From an uncultured Chloroflexia bacterium (GTDB lineage: Bacteria > Chloroflexota > Anaerolineae > Fen-1058), in contig CAWJPR010000009.1 in assembly GCA_963844815.1 (NCBI GenBank), forward strand, positions 604,899-668,898: DNA of 64,000 nucleotides, in the 5' to 3' direction. The position numbers and the translations under genes were made by a program. The notes under the pieces are model-generated. The model did not search any database and was not told where the DNA came from. It saw only the letters and a program-made list of their open reading frames with translations. This document shows, one piece after another, positions 62,897 through 64,000 of this stretch (position 1 is the first letter of the stretch; the number at the start of each line of letters is the position of its first letter).

Positions 62897-64000
62897 TTCG
62901 CGCTCTTGACTAATTCAAAGTGAATCTTGCACTTCCACGCTGCGCCCGGCTCCAATTCTAGCAGCCAGTGCGCCATCAGCGTCGTGCCCTGATAGTTGCG
63001 CTCGAAACCGGCTTCGGACAGCGAGATCGTTTCCAGCGGGAACTGCCACCAGTCAGCCACCTCGCTCGATCGAATCAGGCCGCGCCCCACGCGCTCCACC
63101 ACGACGGCGACGTCCTTCGAGCCGTTGACTGCTTCGTTCGCATTCAGGCGTTGCAGCACTCCGCCTGCGTAGAGCGTGTACGCTCCTTCGGCTTCGTCGC
63201 CGCCGGAGATGCCCCAGTTGGTCTCCATGCCAAAGCGCGCGGCGATCTTCTCCGCGCCGGTATTGGTCACCGCGTAGAACACGTCGAAGGCTGCGCTGCC
63301 CGCTTCCACGACGATCTTCTTCTCCACGTGCAGCGGATGGCGCGCGCCGTCGATCCATGCGCCGCCGTCGCGCTCCAGCGTGATCGTCGCTTTCCTGGCC
63401 GTGCGCGTAACCTTAGCCTGATAAGGCTGAGTGACGAAGTCGCCCCACTCGCGGTACTGGCTGCGATAGAAGTTATCCAGCGTTTCCGCCGGGTCAAAGA
63501 CGTGATCGACCAGGCTGGCGCGGCGATACCAATCGACAAAGAGTTTCTTTTCCAGCTCCGGTTCTTTGGCGCGAGTGGCGGCCATGTGAATGCTTTCTAA
63601 TTTTGTCCGCTGTCCGGCCACGATCAATGAGCCATTCGCCGCGGCGTCGATCAGATCCTGATGATACCCTTCGCGCCAGCGGGACAGCGTATCGACCAGG
63701 TTCAGCTGGCGCGCGCGCCAATCCCACTCGATGAGCGTGCCGCCCACGAACGGATCGAGCAGTAACCACTGCGCGTCGGTCGAGACAACGACATCCGGGC
63801 GCGAGTCGCAGTCGACGTCGGTCACCTCGACGGCGAGCCATTCTTCCGTGGTATGCGCGGCCTGCTCGGCCTGCGTCTGCGCCGCGATCAAGTGCGCATA
63901 GTTGGCCTCGCGCTCGTGGAACAAATAGATGCCGCCGAACAGGCCGTGCCAGTAGGGCGAGCTGCACTGCCCGGCCCACAGCTGATCCAGCGCGGCGCTG
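62893..64000 (-). CDS. C-terminal part of a GH57-type alpha-amylase/4-alpha-glucanotransferase-like protein (gene continues beyond the right edge)
   Basis: The frame is open to 64000 (SAALDQLWAGQCSSPYWHGLFGGIYLFHEREANYAHLI...). A beta-rich C-domain ends at LELEPGAAWKCKIHFELVKSAK. The stop overlaps the next gene's start by 4 nt. Confidence 0.6.
   Translation of the reverse strand, partial: SAALDQLWAGQCSSPYWHGLFGGIYLFHEREANYAHLIAAQTQAEQAAHTTEEWLAVEVTDVDCDSRPDVVVSTDAQWLLLDPFVGGTLIEWDWRARQLNLVDTLSRWREGYHQDLIDAAANGSLIVAGQRTKLESIHMAATRAKEPELEKKLFVDWYRRASLVDHVFDPAETLDNFYRSQYREWGDFVTQPYQAKVTRTARKATITLERDGGAWIDGARHPLHVEKKIVVEAGSAAFDVFYAVTNTGAEKIAARFGMETNWGISGGDEAEGAYTLYAGGVLQRLNANEAVNGSKDVAVVVERVGRGLIRSSEVADWWQFPLETISLSEAGFERNYQGTTLMAHWLLELEPGAAWKCKIHFELVKSAK

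Noticed and set aside
1-64000. rRNA or tRNA genes, prophage or integrase genes, toxin-antitoxin pairs.
   Set aside because: No tRNA-like T-arm/acceptor patterns or rRNA-like stretches were noticed in the non-coding spacers. No integrase, recombinase, capsid or terminase signatures appear in any ORF. Absence from a by-eye scan is not proof, so tRNAscan/Infernal should confirm.

Overview
High-GC bacterial chromosomal window (hand counts of sampled 60-nt lines: 37/60 GC at 2401, 42/60 at 15001). The gene content is reminiscent of a filamentous Chloroflexota-type genome: pentapeptide-repeat proteins, an HTH-NB-ARC-WD40 STAND gene, GH57 enzymes, a LonC-like protease and UbiA/UbiX/UbiD/UbiE late menaquinone genes. 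The taxon cannot be verified from sequence alone. Layout: radA and a RumA-family rRNA methyltransferase sit at 1-1657 (-). A 13-kb co-directional gene train at 1700-14689 (+) consists of three tandem, divergent modules. Modules 1 and 2 each encode an SPFH membrane protein, an NBR1-like-ectodomain/SPFH membrane protein and a helical/beta-domain adaptor. Module 3 has a pentapeptide-repeat protein, a double beta-domain protein and a K/E-rich protein. A truncated second copy of the rumA 5' end sits at the module 1/2 junction, and GC falls stepwise across the array. This array is the best candidate for an undescribed system. Housekeeping and accessory genes follow: psuG, a tandem-PDZ protein, a multiply disrupted metallopeptidase, an M24 peptidase, an SPT-like oxoamine synthase, an IS630 HTH remnant with S1 protease genes, a PRTase, a pentapeptide protein, a Moco oxidoreductase, a LonC-like/PrsW operon, dnaN, methyltransferases, a CDF transporter, an Flp pilin, nth, tdh-kbl, and a long minus-strand quinone/ABC-importer operon with a four-helix-bundle mini-cassette inserted between ubiD and ubiX. 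From 52.5 to 63 kb nearly every gene carries frame disruptions (STAND gene, stress cluster, UbiB-type kinase, P-type ATPase remnant, GH57). No rRNA, tRNA or CRISPR array was recognised. Two caveats apply. Frame interruptions are frequent and strongly clustered, so assembly indels and genuine decay cannot be separated here. Many long ORFs in the track are antisense artefacts of high GC.
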